Both the position numbers and the translations under genes were made by a program. A DNA stretch of 63,985 bases, filler included, from Octopus bimaculoides (lineage: Eukaryota), in assembly GCF_001194135.2 (NCBI RefSeq). It is 6 parts of 5 records of this genome, joined end to end, with 100 filler letters (N's around TTAATTAATTAA, not from the genome) between each part and the next. Parts side by side here need not be neighbours in the genome. Positions count along the whole stretch, not along the records: positions 1 to 18,557 come from NC_068981.1; 5 more parts are not named here. One strand, given 5' to 3'. The notes beneath the pieces were generated by a model. It was not told where the DNA came from and searched no databases. It worked only from the letters and a program-made list of their open reading frames with translations. Positions 1-10,495 of this stretch are shown piece by piece; the first letter of the stretch is position 1, and each line of letters opens with the position of its first letter.

Positions 1-34
1 ATATATATGGATATATACATGTGCAAATTATGTG

Positions 35-400
35 CTGAGCCTGACAATTTTTTTTCTTGCACTTCACAGCATTGTCATCACAAGAACGAACAGTTAGCTT
101 ACAGGTGCAAGCAAAATGGCCAAACATTTTATCCAGCCTTTTCTCCATATTTTGCTCCTTGACTGTGGAAAGCGATTTGCTGATAATTTCCTTTGCTTTC
201 TTGAAGCACAATCTATCCACCAATTTCATTACATAATATTCCTCATACAAAGGAAGGCAGCTATGGGCTCACTGCCTGTCAGATCCCAATTACATCCTTT
301 GGTATTATTCTAGCAATATCATAGTCTTTGAAGTCCAGGTAGCTGTTTTGGAGGAAATAACTGCACCGAATAACTTGGCGGATGGTAGGAGGTTCTGTTT
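35..400 (-). pseudogene. hATm-like transposase, N-terminal fragment
   Basis: Minus-strand translation PPTIRQVIRCSYFLQ...KRLDKMFGHFACTCK...CKKKNCQAQHIICTC parallels the N-terminal Cys-rich region of the hAT-type element at 13.0-13.6 kb; contains stops or frameshifts. Confidence 0.55.
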
Positions 401-1893
401 TATCACTAAGGGATAAACATCCCTATTTAAGAACAGTAACCGTTATAAGGGATAAGAGATTAATATGTAAAGATATCAGGGATATATACTTTCTACATAC
501 TTAAGTCTATGCAAGTTGATTATAATATATCCATAATAGCATATACATATTTGTGTATGTTTGCATGTGTGCACATAGATAAATATGTGCGTGTATCTGT
601 ACACAACTTGTATTTTTCATGATTCTTAGCTTATTATTAATATATAGATAGCATGTTTATCTTTCCAGTATTCCATAAGTAAATGCCCAGAGCAGTCTTT
701 ATAGAAACCACCAAATAAGTAATTAAATACATGAATGAATATTAAACTGATTCTATGTAATTTTCCCTTTTTAATATTGAAAATTAGTATATAAACACAT
801 TTTATCTATTTTAGTTATTTTAGTTATGGTATCATTTTTGATAATCTTAACTTTTAACTTCATACAACATAACAATACTGTTTATAAACAATCACCCATA
901 TTACCCCATGATAAAATTTCCTCTGTATTAACATTAAAGGTTTTATTAGCGTCTTGCTCCTTTAACTAGTAACTAACACCTTGATTCGGGGTCTTCCCCT
1001 ACCCAGCCTCCTTTATAGACAGTTACTTCATACTACTCTTAAAATCGTGACAATATTTATGACCATACCCAGCTATGAGCTGTGAAATCACTCCTGCTTT
1101 CCATTCTAAACAGACACAGTCCTCTATTCTTAGATTTAGGTGTTGATAAAAAAAAGACTAGTAAATTAAAAATGAACCACAATGCTTTACAAGCTATGAC
1201 CCCAACAAGTTCCATACATTTCATGGAAGTGTAGAATATTCTTAGCTACAAAAGCGACAACATACATTTTTTCTATCTTCTTGATCTATTAGAGTATTTG
1301 AGTAAAATCATATTTATGTGTCCAACTGATTAAAATTCTATTTATTTACTTATTTGTGCGGCTGAGGATAGCCCTATATTTAAACTGATGTAATGATTGC
1401 ATTGTTGAATTAAATGGAATCGCTTGAAACGGTCATACTGCATCACTTCTTGATATCCTGTGGCTCGTTTTGATTTTATTCACCCTGCTTTGAGCTGTAC
1501 GGATAATATCGCACTGACTTGGTGCTTCAACTTAAGTATCTGATTCAACCGAATCTCAATTATTTCTAATATATATTTACTCTTCTCTACTGTTTTTTGT
1601 TCTGTGTGTATCAAAAATATCGCTATCAATCTAGAGTAATAATTTGTAGTTTTGGAAATCAGTAGTTCTTTGACTGCTATTTCTGAATTCTCAGTATGTT
1701 GGAGAAGCAGGTTACTGTCAATCCCTATATATTTATAATTATATATATATATATATATATNNNNNNNNNNNNNNNNNNNNNNNNNNNNNNNNNNNNNNNN
1801 NNNNNNNNNNNNNNNNNNNNNNNNNNNNNNNNNNNNNNNNNNNNNNNNNNNNNNNNNNNNNNNNNNNNNNNNNNNNNNNNNNNNNNNNNNNNN

Positions 1894-1943
<50 letters not shown>

Positions 1944-2546
1944 TGTGTATGTGTGTGTGTATGTGTGTGCGCGTGTGTGCGTGTTCCTTTTTGAATTTTC
2001 TGTATGTAAACGCATACGTAGGCACACACGCGTTCACGCGCACTCTCGCAAAAGCAGGAAGCACGTATGGTAATCTATGCTTTACACCACAACACCCGTT
2101 TCAGTAATATACCGAAATATTTACGTAACAATTGTAGAAAGGTCACGCGATCTTGCAACTGACTTGATCAGTGGTATTTGTTGCGGAATACTGATAAGAC
2201 AAGGTGCTTGGTTGCGTATGGTTTCTGCAACTGCAAAATATTTATTTTGGCATTTTGCTAACATATTTTCATTTTTATTTCTACTATTTTGACTCGTGTT
2301 CCGTCCACTAACGTATCCTGAGATCAATACCGTGCATCATACTGCAGTGTAATGTGGGAGTCATTACTGAATCCGTTTTTTGTTTACAATTCGTACTTTA
2401 TAGTGCCCTATTTCTCATATATGTACGCTTTTGTTTACAAAAATATATAACTCAAATAACTTAGATATGTTTCAAGCAAAGATTGGCCCAGGTCATGTCT
2501 AACTTAATAGATTAAAAAATGTATGTTAGAAAATACTGTCCGGCAC

Positions 2547-2717
2547 TTTGACTGCAGCCATGCTGGAGCACCGCCTTTAGTCAAACAAATCGACCCCATG
2601 ACTTATTCTTTGTAAACCAGTACTTATTTTATCGGTTCCATTTGCCGAACCGCTAAGTTACGTTGACGTAAACACAGCAGCATCAGTTGTCAAGCGATGG
2701 GGGCAAACAGACACAAA

Positions 2718-2755
<38 letters not shown>

Positions 2756-2911
2756 GAGTTTCTTTCTGTTTCCGTGTACAAAATCCACTCACAAAAGCTT
2801 GGATGGCCCGAGGATATAGAAGAAGACATTTTCCCAAATTGCCGCGCAGTGGGACTGAACCGAGAACCATGTGCTTGGGAAGCAAGATATTTACCACGCA
2901 GCCACACCTGC
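2547..2911 (-). mobile_element. tRNA-derived SINE (family 1) with internal (TA)n
   Basis: Homologous to copies at 31253, 34990, 38537 and 56331; minus strand starts with a tRNA-like head with A/B-box-like motifs (GGCTGCGTGGTAA...GGTTCAGTCCC). Confidence 0.85.
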
Positions 2912-3513
2912 ACCTATATTGTGTTTATAAAATAATATTTATCTCTCACTAGATGAAGTGAATTTTTTCCATCACGTAACACGGATAGTGAAGTTTGGTT
3001 GAGTCAAACAACCTTCACAATAGTCAAAATGCATAAACCTTCCATCTGTTAAACATGCATTAATATTATATCGCCTGAAGAAATGAATCAATGAAGATGA
3101 TATACCCGATTCCCACAGATACTACGGACTACACTGTAATAATCCCAGGAATAAATACCGTGATCTTAAGAGACATGTGATTTGTGGAAATGTTCGTAGC
3201 GATGCATAAAATGTTTATATATTCCTTCCAAAGACCATTGTTATTATTACTATATATATGTAGTTGTATGCAAACAGTTACATATTCATATTTGTGTTTG
3301 CCTGTGCGAGCATATACAATTGAGCAAGCAAACTTGCTTACAATTATGTGCATGTCTGTGCGCCGGAATACTTAAGCATCATATTCAGTTATTCTTTTTA
3401 TTAGTTGAAGATGTCGAATGTATGATATAGACTGCAAGTATACAAGGTCAGCATGAGCACCCAGAGAGCGCAAACCTCCACCAAGGCAATACCAGCGTCC
3501 TTAATTTTTTATT

Positions 3514-5290
3514 ACCCACAAAGGGACAAAAATAGAGGTTATACATTACAAAAACAATATAAAACACATAAGCAGGGAAATAAAGATACAGAAAGAAATC
3601 GAGTAAGGAAGAAAAAAAAAAGAACGAATGAAAATATGAAGATGATAAAATGAGGCGCAATGACCACTCAATCCCCGGAGACGTATGATTACATTTAGAC
3701 ATTATTTTGGACAGTTCTTCCTCCTTTTTCCTTTTTTATTTTTCATAATTTAAAAGTTCACACCATTTTTTATATTGTTCATATTTTTTAAAAGTTTTTG
3801 AACATTCTATGTTCAATTACGGTTGGTTGGGCATCAAACCACACCGGCCCGTCAAATTAAGTTATATACCTTGTATATGATTTTCTGAACGTGCCGTATC
3901 TATCGACATTCAATAGTACACACCTTTCCTCCTTGAAATCCTCCATGGGCAGCTTCACCCTTACAAATCCCTTCCACTTGGAAATTCTCCTTTCCACATC
4001 TACATTCTTTTGGTAATAGACTATGAATGCCTCATTTCTAAAACCGTACAGTACATTCTCCTCCACCTATTCTCTCTCCCTCTCTTGGTTCCGTCTCGTC
4101 TCTATTGTTTGCGTATACTTGAATATAGGCGGCTCCCTACCTTCTTTGGGCTTCCTATCTGATTCTGCTGTTGGTCTTTACGAGTGTTCTCATGATTTCG
4201 CCTTTTTCCTGCTTTTGAGGCTGACAAAACCGCCACTCCCCTCATTTGCCGCTTTCGTTCTGTCTTTCTTCGGCTCCACCTCTTCCGTATCTCCGGCGCA
4301 CTCCATATCACTTTTGCTGTCTCCGTCTTTTATTGCTTCAGTCGGTACTCCAGTCTCCACTTCTACGTGGTCCCTATCCACAGCCTTCTCACTCTGAGGA
4401 GGTTTGTGCTTGGGGCACTGCGTGTTCATGCGCCCTATCACTCCACATTCGTAACAATTTGGTCGGCGTCCCTCAACAATCACTTTGAGGAAACTGTCTC
4501 CCGGAATCTCTATCTGGTAGGGGATCCTTTGAATGTCTTCGAAAGTGTCAAAAAGCCACATATCGACGCCGCATCCCCAACAGTTTAACATGCTCGGTTT
4601 TTCTACTGATCCTAATTCGGAATCCTCCTCGGTGGTAGCCATAACAGCTACTACCAACCACTCTGTCTTTATTTCTGGTGGCACCCTTCCAATGCAAATG
4701 CGAATACTCCGCCTGGCTCTATACGTGGACAACAGCGTCACCTTTTCAATGCGTAAAATAGTGGTGAAATGTGAGGCCGCCTCTTCTTTAGGGGAAAACC
4801 TCACCTCCACCGTACCATATTTCTTCCCTCGCCTAACTAAAGTTGCCGTTTTCATCAGGTGTCCCAAACATTCCTCCATGTCGTCTTCTGATAGGATTTG
4901 AATTTTATTGGCGGCAACCGCTTGCGTGCGGTACAGCATCGTCCAATCAATCTTATCCTTCATCGTTTCTTCTGGTGGGACCAGCTTTATTGCGTCTCCT
5001 TCCCTTTGCATAAACTGTTCACTTATTATTTCTTCCATATTCATTGTTATCTGTTTCGCTTTCAATTGCCTTTGCATAGTTCTCCATAATGAAAAACCGA
5101 CTATTCAGCCCATTAGTAGGGAGAAAACAGCAAAAAACAATCACGCGCGAGTCGCTCAACAATAACCCTTAACAGCGATATACAACAATCTCAACAACGG
5201 ACAATCTCGAAGAGAAGGCCTTGAACATTTAACGACAAATCCAAACCGTGGTCACTAATGACGAAACTCAAACAAACAAGTTGTTAGTCT
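3514..5290 (-). mobile_element. ORF1/Gag-only non-LTR element, copy A (Tx1/L1-derived, HAL1-like), degenerate
   Basis: ATG at 5087 (MENYAKA) with an early frameshift into ORF 4190-5077; RRM-like KKYGTVEVRFS; knuckle CYECGVIGRMNTQC (H to R); C-terminal domain in ORF 3857-4066; 3' UTR ending GTAATAAAAAA; no APE or RT. Confidence 0.8.
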
Positions 5291-5319
5291 GCGATACCAA
5301 CGTTCCGGTTTCTTTTATT

Positions 5320-7350
5320 AGGCAGAAGGCCTCCTGTAAAGATGGGACAATACAAAGACAGACAAAAACAATACAGTGGGGTACACAAAACATATAACGG
5401 ATGAAATTATGAATAAATGATAAATGAGATGAAATGGCTTACTTGCCCCACCCAAGCACGCAGTTCCATTTTACCGTTTATGTATCACACAGTTCATTAT
5501 CTTTTTTTTTCCATCATTTTTTTAAATAGTCCTTATCTTAAACTTTTAAACATTTCATTTACTTTCCTTTATAATAGATATTCCATTATATCATCAAATA
5601 CCACCACCGGTGGCAACTCATTCAATCGAAATTGTAACGGTAATACCTCTATCATTTTCCCGAATAGTTCCTTCAGCCTTTCACACTTCTCTTTTACAAG
5701 CAAGACTGCATTAATTCCTTCATTGAACTCCCTGGGCACCAACTTCACCCTAATTACATTTTTCAATTTCGTGATCTTTTTTTTCAATTTCTACATTTTT
5801 TCTGTACTGTATCATTGTTCTTAATTGTTTTCCTTTCAACGTTACGTTGTAGACTTCTTTCGCTAATGCCTTCTGCTGTTGCTGGGTTTTCCATCTCTTT
5901 CTTCTCTACTTGCCTCTCGCTCGATGCTTTTTTCATTTCTCTTCTATCTCCCCTTTTTTCCTGTCCCTTTACATTCTCCTCCGTGCTAATTGCTGGTATC
6001 GTTCTCTATTTTCTCTCTTCGTCTCTCTCGCTTAATTTTGCCGACATCTCGTTTCTTTTCTCCTCATTCGTTTTTCCTCCTTTTGGTAACCCTTGTCTCT
6101 TCTCTACACTTCCTTTTCTTTTCTTCATGGGACTCTTTGGTGGTGAGTCCGTGCTTTCTTGTCTTTTCTTCCTTTTCACCACTTCTTTTTCTTTCTTCCA
6201 TATTTTCCGTCGAGGCGCAATGGCCCAGTGGTTAGGGCAGCGGACTCGTGGTCAAAGGATCGCGGTTTCGAATCCCAGACCGGGCGTTGTGAATGTTTAT
6301 TAAGCGACGGAGTGCCAACAACGTATTTTCCACTGGCCTCTGCTGCTCTATACCTTTCACGTCTACTTATTATTGCTGTTCCATATCCATCCACTGCTCT
6401 ACGTGTTTCTGAGAACACTTAGCTTTCATGTGTCCCCATACTGCTCATCCATAGCATACGGGAGGTCTTCCTGCCACTACAACTCTCAGTTTCGTCTCGT
6501 ACGGCAACACCAATTCCTCTGCAATTTTGTAGAGGTCTGGTAAACAGATGTGAACCGATACGTCAAGGCCGTTACCTCCACAGTTTACCTCCGTAGTTCT
6601 TTTGATTTTCAGTATTATGGTTTCCTCTTCTGTATTATAGAGGATAGCTGCTACCAGCCACGCCTCGTCAATTTCTGGGGGGCGGGGGGTCTCTACCAAT
6701 CCCTACTCTAGCCGCACGTTTGCCACAATAGGTTGGTAGTAGTACCCACTCAGTTGATCTCAGAGTCACAGTGGAATGTTTTATCGCTTCTTCTTCACTA
6801 GTGAAGCGTACCTCCACTGAGCCGTATCTTTAATCTCTGATGTAGCACTTCGTTAGACTTTTGATCTCTTTGAAGCATTCCTCAACTGCCTCTACTGCAG
6901 CTATTTCCACTCTTTTTGTAGCGATAGAGAGCGTCTGTATACTACAGTCCTCTTTTCTGTTTTTGTTTTTCTCATAATTTCCCTAGGCGGCGTCAACCTC
7001 AGGCTGTCTCCTTCCTTTCTTAACAATTCATTGTACGTCTTGAAATTCCCGTGGTTCAGTCGAATTTCTCTCACTTGCAGGACATCTGCGGTTAGACTTT
7101 TTTCCAGTTACTGCAGCGTAACTGCCTGCTGGAACTGGCTGATTTTCCATAATGTCGTTATTCACAACTTCACCCATAGATGGGGAAGAAAAATAAAAAT
7201 TCACAGGTAACAAATTTAACAATTCAGTAATATAACAATTAGGTGCGGTACACCTTCAACAATTTAACAATAACAAAAGTCACATGGAACAAACATGCAT
7301 CAAATACAACAGGGAAATCAATTAACTCGACACAACGTCCTCTCAACGAT
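5320..7350 (-). mobile_element. ORF1/Gag-only element, copy B, degenerate, directly upstream (head-to-tail) of copy A
   Basis: MENQPVPAGSYAAV start; PPEIDEAWLVAAIL; LRVVVAGRPPVCYG*AVWGHMKAKC knuckle; C-terminal domain NVIRVKLVPREFNEGINAVLLV (ORF 5569-5787); 3' end CCTAATAAAAG at 5312-5322. The 5' boundary is approximate. Confidence 0.75.
6209..6323 (+). mobile_element. Internally deleted tRNA-SINE (family 2; head fused to tail) inserted antisense in copy B
   Basis: Head TGGCCCAGTGG...GGTTTCGAATCCC joined directly to tail TAAGCGACGGAGTGCCAACAAC; 8-bp TSD TATTTTCC at 6201-6208 and 6324-6331. Confidence 0.85.
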
Positions 7351-7530
7351 TAGCCGGAGATTATTTTTAAAATGAAAATGGATCTATCTGTTTTGGCGGT
7401 CGCCACTTGTTTTCCTAACGAAACACTTTAAAACATCATATAAAACATCTTTTACTCTTCGTGTAAAATTTTCATATTTTAATATTATCAATCGTTTATT
7501 CTATTTTCTGCTAATTCTACTTCCTTTTGG

Positions 7531-7783
7531 GTTGAGGCGCAATGGCCCAGCGATTAGGGCAGCGGACTCGCGGTCATAGAATCGCGGTTTCGGTTCACAG
7601 ATCGGGCGTTGTGAGTGTTTATTGAGCGAAAACACCTAAAGCTCCACGAGGCTCCGGCAAGGGATGGTGGCTAACCCTGCTGTACTCTTTCACCACAACT
7701 TTCTCTTACTTCCTGTTTCTGTTGTGCCTGTAATTCAACGGGTCAGCCTTGTCACACTGTGTCATGCTGAATATCCCCGAGAA
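7531..7783 (+). mobile_element. tRNA-SINE family 2, 3'-truncated
   Basis: Full head GTTGAGGCGCAATGGCCC... plus a body nearly identical to 9815-10003. Confidence 0.9.
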
Positions 7784-8017
7784 AATGTTATCTTTTTAAA
7801 GCTATTTCGTGTTAAAATTGTCATTTTTCGGTGATTTCAACCAATCACTGACATCTATTGAGGTGAAAAGAATTACTGCTGTGGAATGTAAACAGCACGT
7901 TCTAGCGGTGTAATGGGATATTGTCCCTTGAATAAAATTAGTGCCGTTGTTTGTCAACAACAACTATCGGCGGTACTGTTATTTATGACATCGTTCGTGC
8001 GTTTGTACTGGTTTTAA

Positions 8018-8093
8018 GTTTAGGGTTTTAGGGTAAGAGTTCGAGTTTTAGAGTTAGGGTTAGGGTTAGGGTTTTAGGGTTAGGATTAGGGTT
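8018..8093 (+). repeat. Degenerate interstitial (TTAGGG)n/(TTTTAGGG) array inside an unclassified repeat (~7350-8105)
   Basis: TTAGGG TTAGGG TTAGGG TTTTAGGG TTAGGA TTAGGG read directly from the sequence. Confidence 0.85.
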
Positions 8094-8225
8094 ATGAGTA
8101 TTTTTGCCACCTCATGTGGAGTTTTATTATATCATCCGTTTGTATGTGACCCCGATCACATTGTATTGCCCCCTGTATGTTGGCCTGCATGGGTAATAAA
8201 AAAACAGATCCAAAATCTAATCAGT

Positions 8226-10219
8226 GCGAGTCACAGTTTGTGTGTTCGTGAAGAAGGTAAATATTATTGTTGAAGCGTCTTGCGCGCGCTGCTGTTGTTC
8301 TATTTTCTTTCCCCAGGTCTCTCCGATATGGAGAGCTACGCAGGGGCCGCTGCGGCGAGAACATCCCCGTCACTTGAAGCAAAGCAAGTTGACGTTAATA
8401 TGGAGGAGGTTTTGAGAAGTGAGCAATGGATAAGAAAGGTGGGAAATACTGTTAAGTTGATCCCTCCAACAGAGACGAAAAGTGATAAGTGTTGGCGAAC
8501 GGTGGTATATAGGACACAAGTGGTCGCCACCAACAAGATAGAGATGGCAAAGGAAGAAGAAATCGAAGAATGTTTGGGAGAAATTTTGAAGAGAGCTACG
8601 TTCATTGGCAGAGGAAGAAGATTTGGCACGGTGGAGGTGAGGTTTGCCACAAGCAAAGAGGCGGCCATGCATTGCACCACCATCCTGAAGACAGAGAAGG
8701 TGGCGCTGCTTCCCACTTACAGGGGAAGGCGTAGTGTTCGGATCTGGACACCGATAGTCCCACCCGAAATTAAAGCAGAGTGGTTAGTAGCACCTGTTCT
8801 GGCTGCAACCGACGATGAACCTGAACTGGGACCACTTGGAGAGACAAAAATGTTAAACTAGTGGGGATTTGGAGAGTCGAAACGTGGCTTTTTGCCACAT
8901 TCGAAGACATAGAACAAATCTCCTATCAGATTGAGGTCGAGGAGGAGAAAACTTCGAATGTGGTAGTGGAAGGAAGGAGACCCAATTGTTGCTTATGCGG
9001 TGTGAGGGGTCACATGAGGACCAAGTGCCCCGTATTTGAATTTACGCAGAGGGAGGGGGTGGAGAAGGAGCAAAGGAAAGAGCAGACGGAGGAGAAATTA
9101 CAAGTAAAGAAAGATAAAGATAAGGAGGATTGTACCCAAGTAGTCAAAGAGAAGAAAAAAAGTGAAGAAACAAAGGAAAAGGATGACAATGAGGTTATCA
9201 GCCTCAAAAGAAGGAAGAAATCAAAGGCAAGAGATCGTTCAGTAGAAAGCAAGAGAGGTAAGGTAAAATTTGTAGCTAAAAACAAACAAGAGAGAAAAGT
9301 GAAAGTAGTGGAAGAACTATGTAAATACAAAGGGGTCCTGATAAGATATGAGAAGAGTGAGGTTGCGGAAAGAGAAATCGCGGAATCGAAGGGACAGATA
9401 AGAGTGAAGATGACTGGAAGAGAGTTTGGAGCAAATGAAGGATGTGTTTTAATATCTGAAGAAGAGCATGAGAGATTCATAGATGAAATTAATATAGAAG
9501 CAGGGAGACGAGTATGTCGATTGCGTGAGATTCCATCTCCTGTAATTGAATATGGCGAGTTGAAAAGAATAGAAATATCATAGGACATTTAATTTAAAGG
9601 AAAAATCTGGAAAAATCTAATGTAAATTTTGTGAGAAAAAAATAAGAAAAAAAGAAAAAGGAAAAATGTATATACATAGACTTTTATGTTAAAGAGAAAA
9701 AACTGACTGAATGTAACCACTCGACTTCGGGGGTCGAGTGAGCATTACGCCTCATTTTCATATTCTAATATTATCAATCGTTTATTCTATTTTCTGCTAA
9801 TTCTACTTCCTTTTGGGCGTTGTGAGCGTTTATTGAGCGAAAACACCTAAAGCTCCACGAGGCTCCGGCAAGGGATGGTGGCGAACCCTGCTGTACTCTT
9901 TCACCACAACTTTCTCTCACTCTTACTTCCTGTTTCTGTTGTGCCTGTAATTCAAAGGGTCAGCCTTGTCATACTGTGTCATGCTGAATATCCCCGAGAA
10001 CTACGTTAAGGGTACACGTGTCTGTGGAGTGCTCAGCCACTTGCACGTTAATTTCACGAGCAGGCTGTTCCGTTGATCGGATCAACTGGAACACTCGACG
10101 TCGTAAGCGACGGAGTGCCAACAACAATCGCCTTTTGTAATTTGTAGTTCACTGAATTTGTGTTTGTTTTGTCTGTTTTGTCTCTATTTATCTGTAGCCT
10201 TTCATAGGTAATAAAAAAA
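8226..10219 (+). mobile_element. ORF1/Gag-only element, copy C (best preserved)
   Basis: ATG 8328 (MESYAGAAA) to 9583, broken by a TAG and a ~2-nt frameshift near 8860; RFGTVEVRFATS; intact CCLCGVRGHMRTKC (CX2CX4HX4C); K/E-rich linker; C-terminal domain; 3' UTR with AATAAA; flanked by a ~34-bp direct repeat (8192-8225 and 10207-10241). Confidence 0.85.
9815..10127 (+). mobile_element. tRNA-SINE family 2 lacking its head, inserted in the 3' UTR of copy C
   Basis: Body and tail ending GCCAACAACAA; candidate TSD CCTTTTG at 9809-9815 and 10131-10137. Confidence 0.9.
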
Positions 10220-10460
10220 TCGATCCCAAAATCTAATCAGTTCGTGCCAATCATGAGGCCAAACATCCTTGAAAGTTTTATCCGAATCCAACCAGTGGTT
10301 ATTGAGATATCTCCTGCACGGACAAACAAACAAGCAAACGAACACGACTGAAAACAATACCTCCGCCTTAGTGAAGGCGCAAGTAATAAATTTTAAGGTG
10401 TTTATAAACGGAGAAGATAGATATATAAATATGTGTATGTGTGTGAAAATAAGAGAAAGC

Positions 10461-10495
<35 letters not shown>

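Noticed and set aside
6209-6290. tRNA gene-like sequences (also 7531-7610 and 20750-20828)
   Set aside because: They are SINE heads: no closed cloverleaf and continuous with the SINE body.
4023-6303. Hydrophobic F/L/S-rich plus-strand ORFs (also 9010-9588 and 17137-17760 on minus)
   Set aside because: They are antisense readings of the purine-rich K/E-coding regions of the Gag elements, not membrane proteins.
7469-10241. Copy C as an LTR retrotransposon with 7469-8225 and 9755-10241 as LTRs
   Set aside because: The two flanks are mosaics of different ages, with no TG..CA ends, PBS or PPT. The protein is L1/Tx1 ORF1-like, and a TSD plus a separate duplication explains the data better.
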